The notes beneath the pieces are model-generated. The model saw only the letters and a program-made list of their open reading frames with translations. It had not been told where the DNA came from and did not search any database. A stretch of 64,000 nt of DNA from assembly GCA_963828345.1 (NCBI GenBank), contig CAWHEZ010000029.1:69582-133581 (forward strand). The letters run 5' to 3'. Positions 43,948 through 56,585 of this stretch are shown here, one piece after another. A program made the translations under genes and the position numbers. Numbering within the stretch: position 1 is the stretch's first letter; each line of letters opens with the position of its first letter. The stretch comes from an uncultured delta proteobacterium (lineage in GTDB: Bacteria > Desulfobacterota > Desulfobacteria > Desulfobacterales > SpSt-501).

Positions 43948-46068
43948 ATGAATGTGATGGAACGGGCGCGGGACGGCATCGCCCGGCTGGATGTCTCGGA
44001 GAAAGTCAAATCGGCCGCTCTCGAGGCCATCGGTACCTGGCTGAACGACCCGGCCTTCGCCGACTACGTCCCGCAGATCGAGTCCCTCGTCGCAACCGGC
44101 AAGTGGGACGTACTGGTCGACTCGTTTTACCAGGTGATCCCCTTCGGGACCGGGGGGCGGCGCGGCCTGGTCGGCATCGGACCGAACCGCATCAATCCCT
44201 GGACGATCCAGGCCTCGGCCCAGGGCCACTCCCAGTACCTGCTGAAGAACTACGGGCCGCAGGCCGCCACGCGCGGGGTCGTCATGGCCTTCGACGTCCG
44301 GCGCTACACCCAGACCGGGGTCTACGACGACGGGCGCCCCAACCCGGTCCGGGGTCTCGACGGCCGCCGGCTCGCCGAGGCCGCGGCCGAGGTTTACGCC
44401 GCCAACGGCATCACGAGCTACCTCTTCGAAACCGCGCGCAGCACGCCCGAGCTGTCCTTCGCCATCCGCCACCTGAAGGCCATCTCGGGCGACATGTTCA
44501 GCGCCAGCCACAACCTTCCCACCGACAACGGCAAGAAGGTCTACGACGAGTTCGGCGGCCAGCTCATCCCGCCCCACGACCAGGCCCTCGTAGACGAGGT
44601 CACCCGCAACGTCCGGGCCATCCGCCGCATGCCCTTCGCGGAGGCCTGCCGCGCGGGGCGGGTGGTCTTCGTGGGCGAGGAGATCGACCGCGCCTACCAC
44701 GCGGCCGTGCGCTCCGTGTCGCTGTCGACCGCGCGCGACCTGTCCATCGTCTTCTCGCCGCTGCACGGGACCGGGCTGACGACCGTCGCCCCCGTCCTCC
44801 AGCAGCTGGGATTCAGGCTCGCCCTCTGCCCGCGGACCTCCAACCCGAGCGGCGCCTTCGAGAACGTGACCTTCAACATCCCCAACCCCGAGGTGGTGCA
44901 GTCGTTCGAGGCGAGCCTGCCCTTCGCGCGTCAGACCGGGGCCGACCTGCTGGTCAGCACCGACCCGGACGCGGACCGCGTCGGCGCGATGGTCGCCCAC
45001 CGCGGCGAATGGGTTTTCCTGACCGGCAACGAGATCGCGATCCTGCTCGCCGAGTACGCGATCGGCAAGCTGCGCGCGGCCGGACGCCTGACCCCGCAGC
45101 GGGTGATCGTCAAGACCGACGTCACCTCGGCCCTGATCGACACGATGGCGCGCGCCAACGGCATCGCGTGCACCGGGGACCTGCTCGTCGGCTTCAAGTA
45201 CGTGGGCGAGGAGATGAACACGCTCGAGCGCGCCGGGAGGATCGGAGACTTCATCTTCGGCGCGGAGGAGAGCCACGGCTACCTCACCGGCGCCTATGCC
45301 CGCGACAAGGACGCGGCCGGCGCGGTCGTGTGGCTGGCCGAGCACGCGGCCGAGCTCAAGCAGCGGGGCCGGACCCTGGTCGACGCGCTCGACGAGAGCT
45401 ACGCCGCCTACGGGTACTGCCACAACTACCTGACCGAAATCCGGCTGCTCGGGGCCAAGGGCATGGAGCAGATCGGCGCCATGATGGACCACTTCCGCGG
45501 CCAGAAGATCGAACGCATCGGGGCGGTTGCCGTGCGCGAGAAGGTCGACCGCTGGCAGGGCCCGCCCCAGCCCCATCTCTCCGAGACCGACACCGCCGCC
45601 CGCAACGTCATCATCCTGCGGCTGGACAACGTGCCGGAAACGACCCACCTGCGCATCACCGTGCGCCCCTCCGGCACCGAGCCGAAGATCAAGATGTACT
45701 TCGAGCTGGTGGGCAAACCCTGCCCCATCGGCGAGCTCCCGGCCGCCAAGCAGCGCCTGTCCGAGGTCTGCCACCAGATCGAGAAGGCCTTCATGACCTA
45801 CTGCTACGGGCTGATCGGCGTGGACTTCCCGGAACGGGGGTTTCTGCTCTTCTGGCAGCTGCCGCTCAAGGACAAGCTACGGTACTTCGAGGTCGAGGAC
45901 GAGATCGCCGCGCTCGCGGACATCCCCGAGCCGGGACGCCGGGCACAGGAGCTCTCCGCCCGGCTCGCCTTCCTGGGGGCCAACCCGGTCCAGAAGGTGG
46001 ACCGCGCCTTCGCCGCGCGGTTCGGCCAGGGCGTCCGGGCGTACCTCGACCTGCCCGAGGCGACCTGA
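43948..46068 (+). CDS. Phosphoglucomutase/phosphomannomutase family protein with C-terminal extension
   Basis: Active-site SASHNLPTDNGKK, DPDADR, EESHG. Starts at internal ATG 43948. Confidence 0.85.
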   Translation: MNVMERARDGIARLDVSEKVKSAALEAIGTWLNDPAFADYVPQIESLVATGKWDVLVDSFYQVIPFGTGGRRGLVGIGPNRINPWTIQASAQGHSQYLLKNYGPQAATRGVVMAFDVRRYTQTGVYDDGRPNPVRGLDGRRLAEAAAEVYAANGITSYLFETARSTPELSFAIRHLKAISGDMFSASHNLPTDNGKKVYDEFGGQLIPPHDQALVDEVTRNVRAIRRMPFAEACRAGRVVFVGEEIDRAYHAAVRSVSLSTARDLSIVFSPLHGTGLTTVAPVLQQLGFRLALCPRTSNPSGAFENVTFNIPNPEVVQSFEASLPFARQTGADLLVSTDPDADRVGAMVAHRGEWVFLTGNEIAILLAEYAIGKLRAAGRLTPQRVIVKTDVTSALIDTMARANGIACTGDLLVGFKYVGEEMNTLERAGRIGDFIFGAEESHGYLTGAYARDKDAAGAVVWLAEHAAELKQRGRTLVDALDESYAAYGYCHNYLTEIRLLGAKGMEQIGAMMDHFRGQKIERIGAVAVREKVDRWQGPPQPHLSETDTAARNVIILRLDNVPETTHLRITVRPSGTEPKIKMYFELVGKPCPIGELPAAKQRLSEVCHQIEKAFMTYCYGLIGVDFPERGFLLFWQLPLKDKLRYFEVEDEIAALADIPEPGRRAQELSARLAFLGANPVQKVDRAFAARFGQGVRAYLDLPEAT

Positions 46069-46118
46069 ACGCGAGCGAGGTGGGACCCCTTTTTTCGGGC
46101 TCACCCCCAATCGGCAAT

Positions 46119-46199
46119 AAGCCCGTGGACCCGTTTGCCCGTTGAGCCCGTAGAAACGGGACGTGGCAACGGGTCAACGGGTTAACGGGCCTACGGGCC
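46119..46199. repeat. Inverted octamer-array element (CCCGTNNN / NNNACGGG type)
   Basis: GCCCGTGGACCCGTTTGCCCGTTGAGCCCGTAG is opposed to AACGGGTCAACGGGTTAACGGGCCTACGGGC. Confidence 0.65.
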
Positions 46200-46217
46200 G
46201 ACGCATCCGGAGGACTC

Positions 46218-47651
46218 ATGCCGTTCCCGCTCAACAAGACCAAGATCGTCGCCACCATCGGGCCGGCCTCCGACTCGCCGGAGGTTCTGCGTCGTTTGAT
46301 GGCCGCCGGCATGAACATCGTCCGGTTGAATTTTTCCCACGGCGACTTCTCGGGGCACGCCGACACCATTGCCCGGGTGCGGGAGGCGGCCGCCGCAACC
46401 GGGCGCCGGGTCGCGATCATGGCCGACCTGCCCGGCCCCAAGATGCGAATCGGGCGGTTCGAAGCCGAGCCGGTCCGCCTCACCCCCGGCGCGTTGTTCA
46501 CGCTGACGACCGACGGGACCGCGGTCGGGACCGCCGAGCGGGTTTCCGTGAGCTTCCCGGAATTGCCCGCCTCGGTCCACCCCGGCGACCGGCTGTTCCT
46601 GAACGACGGCTACATCGAGGTCGACGTCGTGCGCGTGGAGGGGGTCGAGGTCGTCTGCCGGGTGCTCGTCGGCGGCGAGCTGCGCTCGCGCAAGGGGCTG
46701 AACCTGCCCGGGATCGACCTGGGGATCAGCGCCTTCACCCCGCACGACCGCGACTGCCTGGAGTTCGCCCTGCGGCACGGGGTGGACGCCGTCAGCCAGT
46801 CCTTCGTCGACCGCGCCGCGGACATCGCAGCCGTGCGGGCGGCCGCGGCCGAGCTCGGCTACACGCCCTTCGTCATCGCCAAGATCGAACGCGCGGGGGC
46901 CCTGGAGCGCATCCACGAAATCCTCGCGGCCGCGGACGGGATCATGGTGGCGCGCGGCGACCTGGGGGTGGAGATCCCGATCGAGGAAATGGCCGTTGCC
47001 CAGAAGCGGCTCATGCAGCTGGCCAACCGGGCGTGCAAGCCCGTCATCACGGCCACCCAGATGCTCGAGTCCATGATCGCCAACCGGCTGCCGACGCGCG
47101 CCGAGGCGACCGATGTCGCCAACGCGATCCTGGACGGGACGGACTGCGTGATGCTGTCGGGCGAGTCCGCCGTCGGGCAGTTCCCGGTGGAGGCGGTCGC
47201 GATGCTGGCGAAGATCGCGGCCGCAACCGAAATCCATCGCACGCGCTTCGGCCCGGCGCGGGCCGAGGATGCCTGCGCCGGCGAAACCGCCGGGATCACC
47301 GCCGAAGAGCTCGTCGCCGCCAGCGTGGACACGACCATCCGTCGCATCACGCCGGCGACCGTCATCACCCCCACGCACAGCGGCGCCACCGCGCGCGGCA
47401 TCGCCCGCTTCCGCCTGCCGGTCTGGGTCACGGCCGTCAGCTCTCAGGACACGACCTGCCAGAACCTGCAGTTCTCGTACGGGGTCTTCCCGGTCTGCGA
47501 ACGGGACCACCCGGACCACTGGCGGGCGTGGGGGCGCAACTGGCGCGACACGCAGGGTCTGAACGGCCGCTACATCGTGCTGACCGAAGGCCCGTCGCGC
47601 AAGCACCCCGAGCGCAACCACCGCATGGAGATCATGGATCTGGATGCCTGA
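46218..47651 (+). CDS. pyk: Pyruvate kinase
   Basis: TKIVATIGPAS...MNIVRLNFSHG...MVARGDLGVEIP. Confidence 0.96.
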   Translation: MPFPLNKTKIVATIGPASDSPEVLRRLMAAGMNIVRLNFSHGDFSGHADTIARVREAAAATGRRVAIMADLPGPKMRIGRFEAEPVRLTPGALFTLTTDGTAVGTAERVSVSFPELPASVHPGDRLFLNDGYIEVDVVRVEGVEVVCRVLVGGELRSRKGLNLPGIDLGISAFTPHDRDCLEFALRHGVDAVSQSFVDRAADIAAVRAAAAELGYTPFVIAKIERAGALERIHEILAAADGIMVARGDLGVEIPIEEMAVAQKRLMQLANRACKPVITATQMLESMIANRLPTRAEATDVANAILDGTDCVMLSGESAVGQFPVEAVAMLAKIAAATEIHRTRFGPARAEDACAGETAGITAEELVAASVDTTIRRITPATVITPTHSGATARGIARFRLPVWVTAVSSQDTTCQNLQFSYGVFPVCERDHPDHWRAWGRNWRDTQGLNGRYIVLTEGPSRKHPERNHRMEIMDLDA

Positions 47652-47666
47652 ACAGGGGAAGGGAAT

Positions 47667-47781
47667 GTGTTTCGTGTTAAGTGTTCAGTGTTTGGTGTTT
47701 GGGTGGTCGGATGGCTCAAACGCCTTGATCCCGGCGGCCCGAGCCCCAAACTCTTAACACTTAAAACCAAACACCTAAAAC
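47667..47781. repeat. Inverted heptamer-array element (GTGTTTG type), second copy
   Basis: GTGTTTC GTGTTAA GTGTTCA GTGTTTG GTGTTTG is opposed to ...AACACTTAAAACCAAACACCTAAAAC. Confidence 0.65.
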
Positions 47782-47813
47782 TTATCTCCAAACGCCACCT
47801 CCCCGGAGCCCCC

Positions 47814-48254
47814 ATGAAAATCCTGACCACCCCGCACATGGAGCGCTGCATCGGCTGCCACTCGTGTTCGCTCGCCTGTGCGCGCCTGGTGCACAAGAAC
47901 CTCTCCTGGAACACGGCCGGGATCCGCATCGCCTCGGCCGGCGGCCTGTCCACGGGCTTCGAGGCCCGCACCTGCCTGGCCTGCGACCCGGCCCCGTGCG
48001 CGGCCGCCTGCCCCACCGGCGCGTTCACCCAGCGCGCCGGCGGGGGGGTCGTGGTGCGCAAGAAGCAGTGCATCCGCTGCGGCGAGTGCGCGCGGGCCTG
48101 CCCGGTCGACGCCGTGTACCTGACGGCCGACAGCGATCCGCACGTGTGCCTCCACTGCGGGCGCTGCGTCGGCTTCTGCCCCCACGACTGCCTGGAAATG
48201 CGCGAGGTGCCCGGCGCCCCGGCCGAGGCGGCCGCGGCGGGAGGTGAGTCATGA
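47814..48254 (+). CDS. 4Fe-4S dicluster ferredoxin-like protein (AOR partner)
   Basis: CIGCHSCSLAC, CIRCGECARACP, CLHCGRCVGFCP. ATG 47814. The N-terminal extension of the track ORF runs through the repeat. Confidence 0.85.
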   Translation: MKILTTPHMERCIGCHSCSLACARLVHKNLSWNTAGIRIASAGGLSTGFEARTCLACDPAPCAAACPTGAFTQRAGGGVVVRKKQCIRCGECARACPVDAVYLTADSDPHVCLHCGRCVGFCPHDCLEMREVPGAPAEAAAAGGES

Positions 48255-50024
48255 TCCGCGACCATTTTCGCGTGCTGCACGTGGAGCTGGGGACCGGGCG
48301 GGGTGAGATCGTTCAGGTGGACGGACGCGACCGGTGCGCCGGCGGCAGCGGGCTGGCCGCCCTGTTGTTCTCGACCTACGGCCTGCCCGGCGCCCCTTGG
48401 GACGATCCCCGCCAGCCGCTCATCTTCGCGATCGGCCCGCTGACCGGCCTCTTCCCGCTGATGAGCAAGACGGTCTGCGCCTTCAAGTCCCCCTACCCAC
48501 GACCAGTACGCCGAAAGCCACGCCGGCGGCCGCTCGGCCCTCTCGCTGCGGTTCGCGGACCTGGACGCGCTGGTCGTGACCGGCCGGGCGCCGACGCTGA
48601 GCTGCCTGTGCGTCGGATCGCGGCGCATCGAGCTCAAGGACGTGCACTTCATGCGCGGGTTCGACATCCACCGCACGGGCAAGCTCTTCCGCCGCATGTT
48701 CCCGGGGGCCGGCCACCGCAGCATCCTGCGCATCGGACCGGCGGGCGAGAGCCTGTCGGCCATGGCCTGCGTCATCGTGGACACCTACCGGCATTTCGGG
48801 CGGCTGGGGGCCGGCGCGGCGATGGGGGCGAAGAACCTGAAGGGGATCGCGATCCAGGGGGACGCGTCCTTCCCGCTGCCGCAGGGCAAGGACTACCCCA
48901 AGCTCTTCCAGGAGGTCTACCGGCTGCTGACCGACACCGAGATGATGACCAAGTACCACAATCTCGGGACGGCCGAGAACGTGATCGTGCTGAACGAGAT
49001 CAAGGCGCTGCCCTTCCGCAACCTCCAGTGCACGAGCGACCCCGCGGCCGCCGCGATCAGCGGCGAGGCGTTCGCCGCGAAGACCCTCCTGCGCAACGCC
49101 GCCTGTGCCGGGTGCCCGGTGGGCTGCATCCACATCGGGTTCGTGCGCGAAAAGTTCATGGACCCCAACCAGTACCTCTACCGGCAGGTATCCTACGATC
49201 ACGAGCCGGTTTTCGCGGTGGGCTGCATGCTGGCCGTCACCGACCCGTTCGCCGCGCTCAGCCTGATGGAGGAAGCCGACGGGGTCGGGCTGGACGTGAT
49301 GTCGGCCGGGGTGGCGCTCGCCTGGGCGACCGAGGCGACCGAAAAGGGCCTGATCGGTACGGCCGAAACCATCGTGCCATTGCGCTTCGGCGACGCGGCC
49401 GCCTACCGGAACGCCATGGGGCACCTCGCCCGCCGCGAAAACGAGTTCTACGCGCTGCTGGGCGCCGGGACCTTGAAGGCGGCCCGACGCTTCGGCGGGG
49501 AGGACTTCGCCTGCGTGCTCGGCCAGGAGATGGCGGGGTACGCCACGGGCGAGGTGTTCTTCGTCTCGCAGGCGCTCGGGCTGCGCCACTCCCACCTGGA
49601 TGCGGGCGGGTACGCCTTCGACCAGAAGCAGAAGGAGAAAGACGTCGTCAAAGCGGTGGACTTCCTCATCGCGGACGAGAGCAGCCGCTGCCTGCTGACC
49701 TCGATGGTGGCCTGTCTGTTCGCACGCGGCGTCTACACCGAGGCACGCATCGCGGAGGCCCTCGCCTCCGTGGGCTACACGGGGCTCGCCGCGGCGGTCG
49801 GACCGGTGTCCGCGCACATTCAGCGCGAGCGCTGGCGGGTGCGGGTCGCGACCGGATACCGCCCGGAGGAAATCTCCATCCCGAAGCGGTTCCGCGAGGT
49901 CGTCACCTGGAAGGGGCCGGTCGATGCCGAATACCTGGAGCGCCTCCAGGGCGAGTACAGCCGCCGCATCCGCGGAATGGCCGAGGAGACCCCCTCGCCG
50001 CAGAGCCCTGCATCCACGCCCTGA
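48251..50024 (+). pseudogene. aor: Aldehyde:ferredoxin oxidoreductase (tungstopterin AOR family), +1 frameshift ~48497
   Basis: MIRDHFRVLHVELGTG...GPLTGLFPLMSKTVCAFKSPY | HDQYAESHAGGRSALSLRFADLDALVV... continues in ORF 48576..50024. Confidence 0.8.
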
Positions 50025-50088
50025 AGGACCTCGGCCGCCCGCGACCCGCATCGCCGCCCAGGGCCGTCGGTGAAATTTTAACAGGTGC

Positions 50089-50117
50089 TTGACAGAACTG
50101 CGGAGAGCATGTATCTT
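50089..50117 (+). promoter_or_regulatory. Near-consensus sigma70 promoter TTGACA-N17-TATCTT
   Basis: Hexamers at 50089-50094 and 50112-50117. Confidence 0.55.
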
Positions 50118-50157
50118 CCCGCCCGAAAGTGTTCCCGGTACAAACTGAAGCATGGTG

Positions 50158-50187
50158 AGCCCCGGAATGACTCCGGGGCTTTTTTTA
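50158..50187 (+). terminator. Rho-independent terminator (9-bp stem AGCCCCGGA/TCCGGGGCT, loop ATGAC, T7)
   Basis: Lies about 35 nt downstream of the predicted TSS and 24 nt upstream of the helicase GTG. Confidence 0.7.
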
Positions 50188-50210
50188 TGGGTACACGGAA
50201 AAGAGGTTTA

Positions 50211-51422
50211 GTGGATTTCACATCGTTCAAGTTTCACCCCTCGGTCGCCTCCGGGATCGAGGCTGCCGGTTACGCCGAGCCGACGCCCATCCAGGCGCAG
50301 GCGCTCGGGCCGGTCATGCAGGGCCTGGATGTTCTGGGCCTGGCCCAGACCGGCACCGGCAAGACGGCCGCCTTCGTGCTGCCGCTGCTGAATCGTCTGG
50401 TCAAGACCGCACCCGGCCGGGTGCGCGCCCTGGTCATTGCCCCCACCCGTGAGCTCGTCGAGCAGATTCATGCGGATGTGGGCCGGCTGGCGCGCTTCAC
50501 GCGGGTGCGCAGCGCCACGGTCTACGGCGGGGTCGGCATAGAGCCCCAGGCCAAGCAGCTGCGCGGCAGGGCCGACATCATCGTCGCCTGCCCCGGCCGC
50601 CTGCTCGACCACATTCGCCGCGGCAACACGGATTTTCGGTCCATCGAGGCGCTGGTGATCGACGAGGCCGACCAGATGTTCGACATGGGGTTTCTGCCGG
50701 ACATCCGGGACATCCTGCGCCACATCCCCGCCCGGCGACAGACGCTGCTGTTTTCGGCCACCATGCCGCCGCCCATCCGCCGCCTGGCCGACGAGGTCCT
50801 GCGCGACCCGGTGACGGTCCAGGTCGGGCAAACGGCCCCGGCCGAGACCGTGCAGCACACGATCTTCCCGGTGCCGCAGACGCTGAAAACCGCGCTGCTG
50901 CTGGAGCTGCTCGGCCAGACCCCGGTCCAGTCGGTGCTGGTCTTCACGCGCACCAAGCACCGCACGAAGAGCCTGAGCGACAAGCTGTGCAAGGCCGGTT
51001 ACCGCTCGGCCTGCCTGCAGGGAAACCTGTCCCAGAACCGGCGCCAGGCTGCGCTGGACGGCTTCCGGTCCGGGAAGTACCAGATCCTGGTGGCGACCGA
51101 CATCGCCGCGCGCGGCATCGACGTCTCCCTGATCTCGCACGTGGTGAACTTCGACATGCCCGACACCCCGGAAGCCTACATCCACCGCACCGGCCGGACC
51201 GGCCGCATGATGCGCAAGGGGGATGCCTTCACCCTGACGACCGGCGAAGATGCGGCCATGGTGAACGCCATCCGCCGCCTCGTCGCGAAGGGCGTCCAGA
51301 GCCGCACGCTGCAAGGGTTCGACTACACCGCGCGGCCGGATTCACGACTTCCCGAACCGGGCGCGCGCCCGCGCACATTTCGGGATAGACGGCCCGATCA
51401 GCGCCCGCAGCGCCGGGCCTGA
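50211..51422 (+). CDS. DEAD-box ATP-dependent RNA helicase
   Basis: Q-motif F..F...EPTPIQ, AQTGTGKT, DEAD as VIDEADQM, SAT, HRTGRTGR. GTG 50211 follows AAGAGG. Confidence 0.93.
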   Translation: MDFTSFKFHPSVASGIEAAGYAEPTPIQAQALGPVMQGLDVLGLAQTGTGKTAAFVLPLLNRLVKTAPGRVRALVIAPTRELVEQIHADVGRLARFTRVRSATVYGGVGIEPQAKQLRGRADIIVACPGRLLDHIRRGNTDFRSIEALVIDEADQMFDMGFLPDIRDILRHIPARRQTLLFSATMPPPIRRLADEVLRDPVTVQVGQTAPAETVQHTIFPVPQTLKTALLLELLGQTPVQSVLVFTRTKHRTKSLSDKLCKAGYRSACLQGNLSQNRRQAALDGFRSGKYQILVATDIAARGIDVSLISHVVNFDMPDTPEAYIHRTGRTGRMMRKGDAFTLTTGEDAAMVNAIRRLVAKGVQSRTLQGFDYTARPDSRLPEPGARPRTFRDRRPDQRPQRRA

Positions 51423-51613
51423 AGACGTTCGGGAGGGCGGACGCACAACGATCTTGCGTTCGCAGGGGAGTAAGCGCTATGATACGCTCAATCATAAAGG
51501 TCTGCTCGCTGCAGCGGACCGGTTTCGTTCTGAAGGCAGGTTCACGTTCCATTTGTTCCAGCGACAGCCTCCAGGCGGTGACCGTGAGAACTCTTTAGAA
51601 AGGAGAATGCCAC

Positions 51614-51814
51614 ATGGCGAATGGAACTGTGAAGTGGTTCAACAATGACAAAGGCTATGGCTTCATCGCGCAGGAAAATGGGCCCGATGTGTTTGTCCAT
51701 CATTCGGGTATCAACGCCACCGGGTTCAAAAGCCTGAAAGAAGGCGACAAGGTCACCTTCGACATTCAGCAGGGCCCCAAAGGCCCCTCGGCCGTAAACG
51801 TAAAAGTGGACTGA
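51614..51814 (+). CDS. Cold-shock protein (CspA family)
   Basis: [15 protein letters not shown]...DVFVHHS; long 5' UTR. Confidence 0.96.
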   Translation: MANGTVKWFNNDKGYGFIAQENGPDVFVHHSGINATGFKSLKEGDKVTFDIQQGPKGPSAVNVKVD

Positions 51815-51824
51815 TGTCCGGGTG

Positions 51825-51859
51825 GAAAGGGCATGCCCCTGTCGGGGGGATGCCCTTTC
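51825..51859 (+). terminator. Hairpin after csp (GAAAGGGCAT-N15-ATGCCCTTTC)
   Basis: Perfect 10-bp stem; the inner loop is itself CCCC..GGGG; weak U-tract. Confidence 0.4.
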
Positions 51860-51896
51860 TCTCTATCCAGCAACTGCGCATCCACCGGGGGAGGGA

Positions 51897-52079
51897 ATGG
51901 CCAGAACGAACTACGGCTTCGCCAAACGACAGAAGGAAATCGAGCGAAAGAAAAAACAGGAAGAGAAGCGGCAGCGCCGGCAGAGCAAAGGCAAGGACGA
52001 TGAAGAGGCCGCCGAGGGCCAGAGCGGCGACCCTCAAGGCCCCGCCCTCACGCCGGCCGAGAAACCCTCCGAGCCCTGA
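51897..52079 (+). CDS. Hypothetical small Lys/Arg/Glu-rich protein (60 aa)
   Basis: ATG 51897 follows GGGGAGGGA. MARTNYGFAKRQKEIERKKKQEEKRQRRQSKGKDDEE. Confidence 0.45.
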   Translation: MARTNYGFAKRQKEIERKKKQEEKRQRRQSKGKDDEEAAEGQSGDPQGPALTPAEKPSEP

Positions 52080-52250
52080 GCCGCGGATCCCCCGCCTTTA
52101 GAGACAGAGACACCGGCCGGTCCCCGTCCCCGGCGCGCACCACCGTGTCGCGCGGCTCCCCATGACATGGGGGGAGAGGCGGCCACCGGCCTGTTCCATC
52201 CTTGGGGGCCAGACCCGAGCCCCGTTCCAGAAAATTGCAGCAGCCCTTGA

Positions 52251-52723
52251 TCAGGGGCGCATCTTCCCGGAAATCTCCTCCACATCCAGCCTCAGGACCG
52301 TGGTCTGTCGCGACCATCTTGTCGCGCGAACCGGTGCGTTCCCGGGGCGTAGTGGTCCATGATGGCCGCCAACCCCGCCACCTTCTCGGCCGGGTCGGTG
52401 ACGAACGCCATGCGGCCGCTGCCGACGACGCTGCGGTACCGCATGCTGTATCCGCAGCTCGTGCCCTTCTCGGACTGGAAGACCTCGCGGCCGACATCAA
52501 CCCCGAAGCACGCCCGGGGGTTGCGCTTGAGCATCTCGATCTTGCGGCCTTCGTGCGCGCAGTGAAGGTACAGCGCCAGCGGTTCGCCCGGCCGGATGCC
52601 GAAGTTCATGGTCACGAGGTAGGGGATGTCGTTGTCCGCCAGCGCCAGGTGGAGGGCGTCCGCCTGTTCCAGGATGGCCCGGATGTCCGCGGGGTCCCGC
52701 AGTTCACGATCGGTTCTGCGCAT
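52251..52723 (-). pseudogene. Pyridoxamine 5'-phosphate oxidase-family (NimA-like) FMN-binding protein, two +1 frameshifts (~52321, ~52308)
   Basis: MRRTDRELRD...ALADNDIPYLVTMNF... The canonical C-terminus TTVLRLDVEEISGKMRP* is in a different frame from the track ORF end. Confidence 0.7.
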
Positions 52724-52763
52724 CGTCTTCTCCTTTTGTTCCCGGAAGAGGTTCATGGAAATT

Positions 52764-52878
52764 GAAGTTCAGGTGCTGCTGCAGCCGAAGCTCGAGGTAT
52801 CAGAGTTCAGGATCCAAGCGATGCAAAATCGATGCCGGGACGGTCGTCATATTCCTGTAACCCTGAACCTGCATCCTG
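52764..52878. repeat. Weak GTTCAGG-type short-unit element
   Basis: GAAGTTCAGG and AGAGTTCAGGAT on the left; CCTGTAACCCTGAACCTGCATCCTG on the right. Confidence 0.35.
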
Positions 52879-52898
52879 TCTCCCGGTGCATCACCTCC

Positions 52899-52925
52899 AA
52901 AAAAGGGCCACCCAGCAGGGCGGCC
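52899..52925 (-). terminator. Rho-independent terminator of por
   Basis: The minus strand reads GGCCGCCC-UGCU-GGGUGGCC followed by U6. Confidence 0.75.
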
Positions 52926-52957
52926 TCTGTTCCGGATCGACGTAGAGGTTCCGAGCC

Positions 52958-56580
<3,623 letters not shown>

Positions 56581-56585
<5 letters not shown>

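Noticed and set aside
47667-47813. N-terminal 49 codons of track ORF 47667..48254.
   Set aside because: This part is encoded by the heptamer repeat element. The ferredoxin homology and a plausible start (MKILTTPHMERCIGCHSC) begin at ATG 47814.
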